From an uncultured Pseudomonadota bacterium (GTDB lineage: Bacteria > Myxococcota_A > Polyangia > Fen-1088), in contig CAWKBC010000029.1 in NCBI GenBank assembly GCA_963847705.1, positions 64,001-128,000 on the forward strand: a stretch of DNA of 64,000 nucleotides, read 5' to 3'. How positions within the stretch are numbered: position 1 is the stretch's first letter; the number at the start of each line of letters is the position of its first letter. Shown here one piece after another: positions 45,664 to 55,765 of the stretch. The position numbers and the translations under genes are program-made. The notes beneath the pieces were generated by a model that worked only from the letters and a program-made list of their open reading frames with translations, made no database searches and was not told the DNA's origin.

Positions 45664-47130
45664 TCAGTACCAGCCGAGCGGGGCGTCGTTCAGGTTGATG
45701 TTGATCTGTTTGGTCTCGAGGTATTGCTCCAGCCCGCCTGGCCCGAGCTCGCGGCCGAAGCCGGATTGCTTGTAGCCGCCCCAGGGCGCCTCGTTGTAGG
45801 TCGGGTGGTAGGTGTTCATCCAGAGGATGCCGGCGCGCATCTGCTTCAGCACCCGGATGCCCCGGGTGGCGTCGCGCGTCCAGACCGCGCCCGCCAGGCC
45901 GTAGGGCGTGTCGTTGGCGAGGCGGACGGCCTCCTCCTCGTCGCGAAACGGGATCACCGCCAGCACCGGTCCGAAGATCTCCTCCTGGGCGATGCGCGCG
46001 CGGTTGTCGACGTCGGCGAAGATGGTCGGTTCGACGAAGTTCCCCTGCCCGAGGCCCCGCCCGCGCGCGCGCCCCCCGCCGGCCAGGAGCCGCCCTTCGC
46101 CCTTCCCGATCTCGATGTAACCGAGCACCTTCGCCAGGTGCTCGGCGGTCACCAGCGGTCCCATCTTGGTGTCGCGCGCCAGCGGGTCACCCAGCCGGAC
46201 CCGCGCGACCTTCTCGGTCAGCGCCGCCAGCATGCGATCGTAGATGGCGCGCTCGACCAGCAGCCGCGAACCGGCCGAGCAGACCTCGCCTTGATTGGCG
46301 AACGCGCCGAACAGCGCACCGTCCACCGCCTGCTCGAAGTCGGCGTCGGCGAACACCAGGTTGGGGTTCTTGCCGCCGAGCTCGATCGACATCCGCTTGA
46401 TGGTGTCGGCGGCGCTCTTGATGATGCTCCGCCCCGCTTCCCCCCCGCCGGTGAAGGCGATCTTGTCGACGCGCGGATCTTCGACCAGGGCCGCGCCGGC
46501 GCTCGGCCCATCGCCGGTGACGATGTTGACCACGCCGGGCGGCAGGTCCAGCGACTCGAAGATCTGCGCCAGCAGGAGCGCCGACAGCGGCGTCTGCTCG
46601 GCCGGTTTGAGCACCGCCGTGCAACCGGCAGCCAGCGCAGGCGCCAGCTTCCAGGCCGCCATCAGCAGCGGGTAATTCCAGGGGATGATCTGCCCGACCA
46701 CGCCGACCGGCTCGCGCAGGACCATCGACAGCGCGTCGTCGGGAACCGGAAGGGTCTGGCCCTCGATCTTGCCGGCCAGGCCGGCGTAGTACTCGAAGCA
46801 ATGTGCCGCGTCCGCCACGTCGAACTCCGCCTCGACGATCGGCTTGCCCATGTTGCGGGTCTCCGTCTCGGCCAGCTCGGCCGCGCGCTGGCGGATGGCC
46901 TCCCCGACCTTGTAGAGCAGGCTCCCGCGCTCGCGCGCCGTCCACTTCGAGAAGGATCCCCTGTCGAACGCGGCGCGCGCCTGCGCCACCGCCTCGCGCA
47001 CATCCTCGCGCGCGGCTTCCGGGACGGTCGCCAGGACCGACTGATCGGTCGGGTTCACCACCGCGCGGGTCCGTCCGCCGCGAGCGTCGATCCAGCGGCC
47101 CCCCACCCACATCTTCAGCTGTGCGCTCAT
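45664..47130 (-). CDS. Aldehyde dehydrogenase (aminoaldehyde/betaine-aldehyde type)
   Basis: IPWNYPL, KPAEQTP, FTGG, ELGGKNP, NQGEVCSAGSR, EEIFGP, GGYKQSGFGRE. Confidence 0.95.
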   Translation of the reverse strand: MSAQLKMWVGGRWIDARGGRTRAVVNPTDQSVLATVPEAAREDVREAVAQARAAFDRGSFSKWTARERGSLLYKVGEAIRQRAAELAETETRNMGKPIVEAEFDVADAAHCFEYYAGLAGKIEGQTLPVPDDALSMVLREPVGVVGQIIPWNYPLLMAAWKLAPALAAGCTAVLKPAEQTPLSALLLAQIFESLDLPPGVVNIVTGDGPSAGAALVEDPRVDKIAFTGGGEAGRSIIKSAADTIKRMSIELGGKNPNLVFADADFEQAVDGALFGAFANQGEVCSAGSRLLVERAIYDRMLAALTEKVARVRLGDPLARDTKMGPLVTAEHLAKVLGYIEIGKGEGRLLAGGGRARGRGLGQGNFVEPTIFADVDNRARIAQEEIFGPVLAVIPFRDEEEAVRLANDTPYGLAGAVWTRDATRGIRVLKQMRAGILWMNTYHPTYNEAPWGGYKQSGFGRELGPGGLEQYLETKQININLNDAPLGWY

Positions 47131-47237
47131 GGCCTCAAATGCTAGGCAGCGTTGCGCCTTCCGACAGACCCCCGATCCGGAGCGGCGGTGAGCGCGACCG
47201 GTTCGTGGTTCCGGGATTCAGCGGGTAAGTTCCCGGT

Positions 47238-47463
47238 ATGGAGCCACGACGGGATCGCGCGACTGCCCCTGCCATTCGGGGCTTCGGTACCACGCCTGCT
47301 GCAGACCTCTGCACCGGGGTGAGGCGGTGGCGGCGCGTCCCGAGGCGCTGATGCGCTCGCGTTACGCCGCCTTCGCCCTCGGGCTCGGGCCGTACCTTGT
47401 CGAGACGCTGGCGGCGCGTCACCCCGATCGGCGCCGTCCCCCCGCCGAGCTGGCGCAGCTTCC
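47238..47463 (+). pseudogene. ychJ: YchJ/SEC-C N-terminal fragment
   Basis: DCPCHSGLRYHACCRPLHRG...EALMRSRYAAF...YLVET. ATG 47238 is out of frame, and similarity ends where the convergent Hsp70 gene stops. Confidence 0.7.
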
Positions 47464-48738
47464 TCACCCACCTGAGAACAGCTGCCGCGCCCGCGCCGCC
47501 AGGCCCCACGCCACGGAGGTGAGCTCCTCTCCGCCGGCCAGCTTCGCCTCGCCGAACCGCGCCGCCAGCCGCCCTCGGACGGCCGGAACCAGGGCGGAAC
47601 CTCCGGTGGCAAACACGGTGTCCACGTCGGCAGCGCTGACCCCGGCGCGCCCGAGGACGTCGCTGACCACCGCGTCGATGTCGTCGAGCTCGGGCGAGAC
47701 CCATTCTCCGAACGCACCGCGCGTGGCCCGGGCGGCGAGGTCGAGCTGGGGTTGAACGAGCTCCGCGTCGTCGCGCGCGGACAACGCCAGCTTGCAGCGC
47801 TCGACCGCCTGATGCAACGGGAGCCCCAAATCGTCCTCCACCAGCCGCACCAACCGCGCGATCCGGCCCGGCTCGGACGAGCCGTGATGGATGTGATCGA
47901 GCAGCTCGAGGGTGCTCGCCTCCTTCAAGAACGACAGGTGGTGCCAGCGCCGCAGCCGCAGGAACAGCCAGTGCGGCACGGGGGTCATGGCCCCGAAGGC
48001 GTCGCGGTAGCTGGTCTCGCGCCCGAGCGCCGGGGCCACCAGCGCATCGATGATCCGCGCGTCGAAGCTGTCGCCGCCGAGGGCCACGCCTCCGGTCGCC
48101 AAGATCACGCCGGCGTCCCCGGGCGCCAGCCTGGGCCCGACCCGCAGGAGCGAAAAGTCGCTGGTCCCGCCGCCGAAGTCAGCCACCAAGATCAACTCTT
48201 CGTGGTCGAGGCGAGCGGCATAGCGAAGGGCGGCCGCGATGGGCTCGAGCTCGAAGACCACCTCGGTGAAGCCTGCCTCCGCCAAGGCGGCGCGCATGCG
48301 CCCCACGGCGCGCGCGTCGTCGTCGGCATCATCGGCGCCCCAGTAACGCACGGGCCGGCCCACCACGGCCCGGGCGGGCAAGGGGCGCTTCACGGCGCCG
48401 CGAAGCTGTTTGAGGTAGGTGGCGATGAGGGTCTCGAGCGTCCAGAAGCGACCGCCGATCATCGTGCGCGTGAACGAGGCGCTGGCCAGATGCGACTTGA
48501 TCGACTGGATGAGCCGCCCCTGCCCCTCGTTCTGCACATGGCGGGCGATGGCCGGCGCGCCCGCCAGCGGCGGGGCGTCCGGATCGAAATGCAGCACCGT
48601 CCTCCAGGTCTTGGCCGTGGCCGCCTCGTCTCCCCAGGCCGCGCCCGGCAGGTCGGCCAAGCCCACCTGCCCCTCGTCCTCGGCGAGCGCGAGCGCGGTG
48701 TTGGTGGTTCCGAAGTCGATCCCCACGTGAACGGCCAT
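47464..48738 (-). CDS. Hsp70 family protein, YegD-like (ATPase domain only)
   Basis: GIDFGTTN, GRLIQSIKS, VVGRPV, EPIAAA, DFGGGTSDF, TGGSA. Confidence 0.92.
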   Translation of the reverse strand: MAVHVGIDFGTTNTALALAEDEGQVGLADLPGAAWGDEAATAKTWRTVLHFDPDAPPLAGAPAIARHVQNEGQGRLIQSIKSHLASASFTRTMIGGRFWTLETLIATYLKQLRGAVKRPLPARAVVGRPVRYWGADDADDDARAVGRMRAALAEAGFTEVVFELEPIAAALRYAARLDHEELILVADFGGGTSDFSLLRVGPRLAPGDAGVILATGGVALGGDSFDARIIDALVAPALGRETSYRDAFGAMTPVPHWLFLRLRRWHHLSFLKEASTLELLDHIHHGSSEPGRIARLVRLVEDDLGLPLHQAVERCKLALSARDDAELVQPQLDLAARATRGAFGEWVSPELDDIDAVVSDVLGRAGVSAADVDTVFATGGSALVPAVRGRLAARFGEAKLAGGEELTSVAWGLAARARQLFSGG

Positions 48739-48845
48739 CACTGGACTTTTACTTCAAGTGGCGCCGCCCCACCCACGACCACGCTCCGGGGTCACCGCAC
48801 GATTCGGAGGCGCCGAGGCGCGTCTCCCGCTTGCGGTGACCGAGG

Positions 48846-50453
48846 TCAGCGTCGCAACAGGCGGCGGGCGCGGCCGAGCACCACGGAGGCTTCCGCCACC
48901 CCCAGCGCTCGCGTGGCGCCGAGGTAGCTGACGCCGAACGGCGCCAGCACCAGCAGCGCGCGCAGGATCGGATGCAGCGGCGGCAGCAGGTGCTCGATGC
49001 CCAGCGCGACCGCCGTCGCCAGCGCTGCGGAGCCCCAGAGCCTGGGCAAGACGCCCTTGGCGATGTGGCAAGCGCCGATCCTCCGCGCGATGCCGCGCCG
49101 AAGCAGCGCGAACTCGACCCAGGCCGCGACGCCTGCCGAGGCCGTCAGGCCGGCCGCGCCGTAACGGCGAGGCAGCCCCAGCAGACCGGGCAGGTAGAGG
49201 CCGCAGAACACGCCGAGCGCCGCGGTGAGCGCGACCCGAATCACGGCGTACCGCAGGGGCGTGCGGGTGTCGCGCAGGGCATAGAAGGCGCTCGCGTAGA
49301 GACGCGCCATCGTCGCCGCCAGCAAGCCCACCGTGCTCCCCGCCAGGATGATCCAGACGTAGCGCGCGTCATTGGCGTTGAAGCGGCCGGTCTGGAACAG
49401 CGCCGCGCAGAGCACGTCGCCGAGCGCGAGGAACGCGGCGATGGTCGGAACGACGGGGTAGGCGATGGCCCGCAGCCCGGCCTCCGTCTGGGCGTGCAGG
49501 CGCTCGCGAACAGCCGCGTCGGCCGACATCGATGGCAACGCGGCGGCGCTGACCGCCATGCCGAACAGAGAGACCGGCAGCGTGTAGATCACCTGCGCAT
49601 ATCCGAATGCTGCCACCGCACCCGGGAGCCAACTGGCGATGAACGTATCCACATAGGCAGAGAGCTGCACGACCCCGCGTCCGGCGGCGACCGGCAGGAA
49701 GTTCCGGATCACCTCGGCGACGTGCGCGTTCCCACGCCCCAGCGACAGCCGAGCGCTCCTGCCGAGGAGCCGCAGCACCGCGGGGACCTGAACCAGCAAC
49801 TGGAGCGCGCCTCCCGCCACGGCGCCCCAGGCCGCGCAGAGGGCGATGCGGTTCTGGTCGTGCCGAGCTCCCGTGTGCGCGCCAAGAATCAGCGCCGCGA
49901 TGATCGCCGCGCTCCAGACCACCGGTGCCGCATAGCTGAGGAAGAAGCGACCGTGGCTGTTGAGCACGCCGATGCAAAACGCCGAGAGCACGAGCAGCGC
50001 GATGGAGGGGAAGAAGATCCGCACCAGCACGATCGTCAGCGCGCGCGTCTCGCCGTGGAAACCGGGCGCGATGGCGTCGATCATCCAGGGCGTGGCGGCA
50101 ACGCCTATCAGCGAGACCACCCCGGTGAGCAGCGTGAACAGCCCCGCCACTGCCCCCGCCACCTTGCGGGCCTCCTCCTCCTGGCCTGCCGCCCGCAGGC
50201 TGGCATAAACCGGGATGAAGGACGCGGAGAGAACTCCCTCTCCCAGGAGGTTCTGCAGGAAGTTGGGGATGCGAATCGCGGCCGCGTACGCGTCAGCGGC
50301 GGCCGCGATGCCGAGGTAATGGCCCAGCACCCGCTGGCGGACCAACCCTGCCAGGCGGCTGAGCAAGATCCCGGCCGCGACCAGGAGGGCGGCCCTGCCC
50401 GTCCCGCGCGCTGGCTTGGCCGGAGCGGCGGTGGTCGCCGCGACCTCGCTCAC
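48846..50453 (-). CDS. murJ: Lipid II flippase MurJ (MviN)
   Basis: SRLAGLVR, ADAY, RIPNFLQNLLGEGVLSASFIPVY, LPVSLFG, FYALRDTRTP. Start approximate. Confidence 0.95.
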   Translation of the reverse strand: MSEVAATTAAPAKPARGTGRAALLVAAGILLSRLAGLVRQRVLGHYLGIAAAADAYAAAIRIPNFLQNLLGEGVLSASFIPVYASLRAAGQEEEARKVAGAVAGLFTLLTGVVSLIGVAATPWMIDAIAPGFHGETRALTIVLVRIFFPSIALLVLSAFCIGVLNSHGRFFLSYAAPVVWSAAIIAALILGAHTGARHDQNRIALCAAWGAVAGGALQLLVQVPAVLRLLGRSARLSLGRGNAHVAEVIRNFLPVAAGRGVVQLSAYVDTFIASWLPGAVAAFGYAQVIYTLPVSLFGMAVSAAALPSMSADAAVRERLHAQTEAGLRAIAYPVVPTIAAFLALGDVLCAALFQTGRFNANDARYVWIILAGSTVGLLAATMARLYASAFYALRDTRTPLRYAVIRVALTAALGVFCGLYLPGLLGLPRRYGAAGLTASAGVAAWVEFALLRRGIARRIGACHIAKGVLPRLWGSAALATAVALGIEHLLPPLHPILRALLVLAPFGVSYLGATRALGVAEASVVLGRARRLLRR

Positions 50454-50497
50454 CGGCCCCTGGACGTCGAGGATCGGCCCCTCATTCGCGAGCCCGC

Positions 50498-50908
50498 CTA
50501 CTGGCCGCCGCCTGCGGCGGCGCTTGTTCCCGTCCCGCCACCGTGACCGCCGCCCGACCCGCTCGCCTTCCCGATGGCGCTCTTTGCCTCGAGCGCAGAG
50601 GTGATTGCGTTGTAGAACGTGATGGCGACCTTGTCGTTGGGGCCGCAATTCGCGTATTGTCCGTCGATGTGCTGCCCGCCAACGTCGCCACTGCAAGCCG
50701 ATCCGTTGACGTTGCCGCATTCATTTGTCGTGGAGACCGACTGATTGAGCATGTACACGGTGTTTCCGGCCTCCTTGTAGCAGATGCAGGCACACGTATG
50801 CTCGGAGCTCTGTTTGGGCTGACACCCGATCACCGATGTCGCGATTGCAATCACCGCACCGGCCGCCAACGACCACAGACGCGACCTCACAGTTCGGCGA
50901 GTCGTCAT
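50498..50908 (-). CDS. Small Cys-containing lipoprotein
   Basis: RBS AGGAG. Lipobox VIGC. CACIC...EC...AC...NC. Confidence 0.65.
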   Translation of the reverse strand: MTTRRTVRSRLWSLAAGAVIAIATSVIGCQPKQSSEHTCACICYKEAGNTVYMLNQSVSTTNECGNVNGSACSGDVGGQHIDGQYANCGPNDKVAITFYNAITSALEAKSAIGKASGSGGGHGGGTGTSAAAGGGQ

Positions 50909-50927
50909 GGCACTGTCTCCTGATGCC

Positions 50928-50957
50928 CGAGGATAGTCGAGGATAGTCGAAGATAGG
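50928..50957. repeat. Three 10-bp direct repeats CGA(G/A)GATAG(T/G)
   Basis: CGAGGATAGT-CGAGGATAGT-CGAAGATAGG, just upstream of the 50908 start. Confidence 0.75.
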
Positions 50958-51038
50958 CCGCTGCGTCGCTGGCGGCAAGCTTTCCACCCAGGGCTGCTGG
51001 GCGAGAGGACCAGCGTCGAGCGGTGCTCCACGCGCGAG

Positions 51039-52343
51039 CTAGGACGACGGGACGATCACCGAGACCGGCCGCGTGGAGTCGGTGGTGGTGCCGTCGCCGA
51101 GCTGCGCCTTGCTGTTGTCCCCCCAGCACTTGACCGCGCCGCCCGAGAGCAAGGCGCAGGCGAAATAGTCGCCGGCGGCGATCTCGGTGACGCCGGTCAG
51201 CCCCGCGACGGCCACAGGCGTGGGCGAGCCGGTGGTGGTGCCGTTGCCGAGCTGCCCCCGGCTGTTGTCGCCCCAGCACGTGACCGTGCCGCCCGCCAGC
51301 AGCGCGCAGACGTAGTTGCCGCCCTCGCGCCCTGCCGAGATGGCGGTGCCGGTGGTGATGCCAGAGACCGGATCGCCCGGCATGGGGACCAGGGTCGGGG
51401 TGGTGGCGCCGGTCCCGAGCTCGCCCGCGCTGTTGTCGCCCCAGCAGGTCACCGCGCCGCTCGTGCCGAGCGCGCAGGTCACGAAGCCGCCCGCCGACAC
51501 CGCGCTGACCGCGCCCGGAAGGCCGATGACCGCCACCGGCATGCTGGAGTAGTTGCCCGAGGTTCCGACGCCCAGCTCGCCCAGGTTGTTGTCGCCCCAG
51601 CACGCGACCGCGCTCTGCTCGGTCACCGCGCAGGTGCGCTGGTCGCCCGCGGAGAGCCAGGTCGTCTGCCCGAGGCCGGTGGGCGCCGTCGGGGTCAGGG
51701 CGGTCTTGATGGTCCCGTCGCCGATCTGCCCGTTGACGTTGGTCCCCCAGCAGAGCACGCCGCCGGTGGTGGTGAGGGCGCACATGTGCTGGTCACCCGC
51801 GGAGATCGACGCGACGCCGGACAGGCCCGTGACCTTGACCGGCGTGGTGGAGCTGGTGGTGGACCCATTGCCGAGCTGCCCGTTGGTGTTGTCGCCCCAA
51901 CACGAGACGGTCATGTCGGCCAGGACGACGCAGGCCCCCCCGAGCCCCGCCGCCACGGCCGTCGCGCCCGTGACGCCGGCGATCGCGACCGGCGGGCTGC
52001 ACTTGATCGACGTGCAGTGCAGGGACGAGTCGTTCACGGCGCTGGCCAGCTCGCCGTTGTCGTTCTGCCCCCAGCAGCGCACGGTGCCGTCGCCGAGCAA
52101 CGCGCAGGCAAAGTCGGCCCCGGCGGTGATCGCCGTGGCCCCCGTCAGCGGCGTTCCGGCGGCGGCGCCGCCGGTGCCGCCACTTCCCCCGGTGCCGCCG
52201 GTGCCGCCACTTCCCCCGGCGCCGCCGGTGGCGCCACCTCCCCCGGCGCCGCCCGACGATCCCGTTGTTCCGTTGCTCGACGACGACGAGCAAGCAAAGA
52301 GCGCCAGCGTTGAGACGACAGCCATCCGACCGAATTTCCCCAT
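51039..52343 (-). CDS. RCC1-repeat lipoprotein
   Basis: Seven AGxxxxCAxxxxGxVxCWGxNxxGxLG repeats. Lipobox LFAC. Start may be 52343-52367. Confidence 0.92.
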   Translation of the reverse strand: MGKFGRMAVVSTLALFACSSSSSNGTTGSSGGAGGGGATGGAGGSGGTGGTGGSGGTGGAAAGTPLTGATAITAGADFACALLGDGTVRCWGQNDNGELASAVNDSSLHCTSIKCSPPVAIAGVTGATAVAAGLGGACVVLADMTVSCWGDNTNGQLGNGSTTSSTTPVKVTGLSGVASISAGDQHMCALTTTGGVLCWGTNVNGQIGDGTIKTALTPTAPTGLGQTTWLSAGDQRTCAVTEQSAVACWGDNNLGELGVGTSGNYSSMPVAVIGLPGAVSAVSAGGFVTCALGTSGAVTCWGDNSAGELGTGATTPTLVPMPGDPVSGITTGTAISAGREGGNYVCALLAGGTVTCWGDNSRGQLGNGTTTGSPTPVAVAGLTGVTEIAAGDYFACALLSGGAVKCWGDNSKAQLGDGTTTDSTRPVSVIVPSS

Positions 52344-52804
52344 GCCCATGTCCATGTCCCCAGCCATATCACGAGATGCGTCCTCGGGAGGTGACGCCTG
52401 GCGGTGACTCCCCCCAAAAAACAACGGGGGGCGGCGCGCGTTCGTTGGGCGGGCGTTCGAAGGGGTCTCCCGGGAGGGCGCCTTCCGCGGCAGGGTGCCG
52501 AGATCGTCTCCGGGCGTTCGAACCTGGGCGTCGTCGAGAATCTCTCGTGACCGACATCACTCGAGTCCTGCAGAGGCGCGCGAGCGGAATGTTCGCACCG
52601 GCAGGGCCGACCCGGGGCCGGAGCGCTTACGTTGTTGTCCACCCTCATGCCAAGGGTTTCGTCGAACGCCCACCCTCGCTCCCCTGCTCTTCGGCTCCGC
52701 TGGTGTGAGCGCGGGCTGAGGGCACTTCGAGAAGAAGACCCGACGCAGCTGCCGTCCCGCTTCTGACGAGACTTGCCGCTCTCGGCTCGGTCTCGCGGGA
52801 GGGT

Positions 52805-53525
52805 TCAGCGCGGGGCCCGTCGTGAGCGCGCGACTGTCCTTGCGCGCGCGGACGTCTTGGCCCGCACGGGCTTTTTCAACTCGTCGTCGAACGTCGCCAG
52901 AACGGCCTCGTGACCGATCTTCAGATTGCGGGCGAAGAGCGCCTGCATCTTCGCGCCAAGCTTTTGGAGCGCGACGTCCGGCATCAGCCGGCGCACCGCG
53001 GGGAAGAGATCGTGCTCCTCCTCGTGGTGATGATTCGTCATCAACTCCTCGAGGGCTTCGAGCCGTGCCTTGAGCTCCTTGTCGCCCGCTCTCGTGCCCA
53101 GGAGTCGGCGGAGCGCGAAGCGTCCCATGGCGTGCTCCTCGAGCCCTTCGAGGATCAGGTCGGGCTTGATCTTGCGCACCGCTGGATAAAACAGATGCTC
53201 CTCGATCGAGATGTGCGCCGCGGAGATCGTCGGCCAGCTCGCGAAGCGTTCCGTCGAAGCCCTTCTTCGAAGACTCCAGGCGCTCGAAGAGCCCTTCGAC
53301 CAACCGATGCTGATGAACCAACAGATCCGTGGCGCCCGGCGACGGGCCGAGCTCGGTGCTCTTCGTCACCGAGGAGGCCAGGTCGCGAATCAGCTCTCCC
53401 GTCTCGCGCACGACCCCGGCGGCAAAGGAAGCCGTCGAAGCGAGCGCGTTGCCGACCGTCCCGACCGCCGTTTTCTTCGCCGGGGACTTCGTAGGTCTGG
53501 GAGACTTGGCAGCTTTCGTTTTCAT
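52805..53525 (-). CDS. Hemerythrin-like (HHE) domain protein, frameshifted near 53222
   Basis: LVHQHRLVE, then after removing one base DDLAAHISIEEHLFYP, LEEH, HHHEEEHDLFP. Confidence 0.85.
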
Positions 53526-53799
53526 CGTCGCACGTTAACGGCTGAGTCGCGCTTGGCAAGGACTTCGGCCAGGGGCCGTCGATGAGACCGCCTGCGAGCC
53601 GATCGCGGCTTCTCGCTCGCCGGGGAGTGACGACGCAGGCATTCCTGTCACCGGGCGGTAACTGTCGTCTCAGCAAGTCCGTCGAAAGTCAGCCGATTGC
53701 TGCGGCACGATTGTCGCTTAAGGGAAGTTACCTACGCAGAACCCGCATCTCCTCGCCTAGCTCCACGCCCACCAGCAACTCTTTCCAAAGGAAAACGCC

Positions 53800-54063
<264 letters not shown>

Positions 54064-54178
54064 GACCTCCCGGCCGCCAGGCCGTCGGGGGGCTCGTCGG
54101 GCACCACGCCCGGTCGGAACCCCGCCGGCCCGCCATGAAGCCCGTGAGAGAGGGCGCCTGCCCCGAATCGAAGGTCTT

Positions 54179-54751
54179 TCAGAAGGAGGCCGACAACGAC
54201 ACGCCGCCGGCCGATCGTCCGACCAGCGGAGCCACCTGCCAGGAGACGACGCTGGGAACCACGGGGGGCGGCGCGATCAGCGACCTGCGCAGCGCCTTGT
54301 TGTGCTGATCGGCCAGCATGCGGGCCTCGGTCTCACCCACCGGATCGAGGTCGATGATGAGGAGGCTCACCCCGACGGGGACCAAGCCACCTGCCAGCAA
54401 GACGTCTCCCGTCGAGTGCCCCTGCACCGCCAGCAAGAGACCGACGGCCGACACCGCAAGCCCGCCGGTCAAGAGAGTCAGCTTGGCGGCGTGACGGCGC
54501 CGGTAGGAGGCGGCCAGGTCCGGGCGATCGACGGCGTCGTAAAAATCCGCGCCGTCCAGCGTCTGCCGGTACTTCCCACGGTAGGCGCTCCACGTCCGCC
54601 GGCCATTCGAGTCGAGCTCGATCATCTCTCGAAACCCGACGTAGCCGAGCTCCCAGGCCTCGGCCGGCGACTCGGCCTTGCCGAGCGGGGCCAGCCCCTC
54701 GGCGCGGGCGCCATTTCCCGCCAGACCGAATAGCAATATGCTACCCACCAT
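54179..54751 (-). CDS. Hypothetical exported/membrane protein, paralog of 54814-55494
   Basis: Signal ending ARA. YRGKY...DFYDAVDRPDL, two hydrophobic helices, ADQHNKALRRSL, terminal F. Confidence 0.7.
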   Translation of the reverse strand: MVGSILLFGLAGNGARAEGLAPLGKAESPAEAWELGYVGFREMIELDSNGRRTWSAYRGKYRQTLDGADFYDAVDRPDLAASYRRRHAAKLTLLTGGLAVSAVGLLLAVQGHSTGDVLLAGGLVPVGVSLLIIDLDPVGETEARMLADQHNKALRRSLIAPPPVVPSVVSWQVAPLVGRSAGGVSLSASF

Positions 54752-54813
54752 CAGCGCCGGCCCCCTCACAACTCTCACGACGGCGTTGGACGATATCACG
54801 GCGGGAGGTTCCG

Positions 54814-55494
54814 ATGATGAATGCAATTCGCATCCTGTGCGGCTTCTTGCTCTTGTCGGCGGCGCTCTGGCCGCGCGGCGCGCGCGCCGCGGACGCCGAA
54901 GTGAGCACGGCGGCCGTGACACCGCTCGAGCCCGGCGACGATGCCGAAGACACCTATGAACGCAACACGCTCGGCGTCACCGTGAGGGTCGTGATGCAGG
55001 CCAACACCAGCCACATCGTCTCCGAGCGCTGGGATCCCACGAAGGGAAAGTTCAAGAAGGCGATCGGCTTCGAGGATTTTCTCCTCACGGCCGGCCGGCC
55101 CGATCTCTGGGACCACTTCGAGAAGCAGAGCATCCCCATGCGGATCTTGCTGTGGGGCGGCACCGCCCTGGCGTTCGGCGGCATCATCTGGGAGCTGGAA
55201 AGGCACAACGCGCACGGACCGAGCACCGCGCCGCTCGTGGTGAGCGGCATCGGCGTGCTCTCGGTGGCGACCGGTCTCATCGTGTTCGATCATTTTCCCT
55301 GCACCGCCACCCAGGCGGTGGACATCGCCGATCGCTACAACGCCGAGCTGCGCGCCCGGCTCGGCCTGCCCGCGCTGCCGCCCGAGGGGGTCCCGGCAGC
55401 CGCGGCGCCACGCCGCAAGCACCGCGACTGGGTCTTGGCGCCAGCGATCGGCCCCGAGCGTGGCCTGGAGCTGGTTGGCGCGGCGGTCTTCTAG
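54814..55494 (+). CDS. Hypothetical exported/membrane protein, paralog of 54179-54751
   Basis: Signal ending ARA. KGKF...DFLLTAGRPDL, two hydrophobic helices, ADRYNAELRARLGLP, terminal F. Confidence 0.75.
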   Translation: MMNAIRILCGFLLLSAALWPRGARAADAEVSTAAVTPLEPGDDAEDTYERNTLGVTVRVVMQANTSHIVSERWDPTKGKFKKAIGFEDFLLTAGRPDLWDHFEKQSIPMRILLWGGTALAFGGIIWELERHNAHGPSTAPLVVSGIGVLSVATGLIVFDHFPCTATQAVDIADRYNAELRARLGLPALPPEGVPAAAAPRRKHRDWVLAPAIGPERGLELVGAAVF

Positions 55495-55765
55495 TCCAAG
55501 CCCTGACTTGCCGCGCCTCCCCATGTTCCGAGTCACGCCCGGGACCACCGGTGCGTAGCGATCGTCGAGTCCTGCAGTCCGAGGCAACGGGCGTGCTCAT
55601 CTGCCACAGCAGGCCGACGAGCTTGGATGGTCGATGGGAATCGGCGGGCTGCCGCCCATCGGCGCGTGTCGCGGGCGGGTCGGACCTCTGGCAACGCCCC
55701 GGTCATCCGAAGGTCGCGCGAGTCCAAGCTCAATTCGTGCGGATGGCGGTGCTAGAGATGACGGT

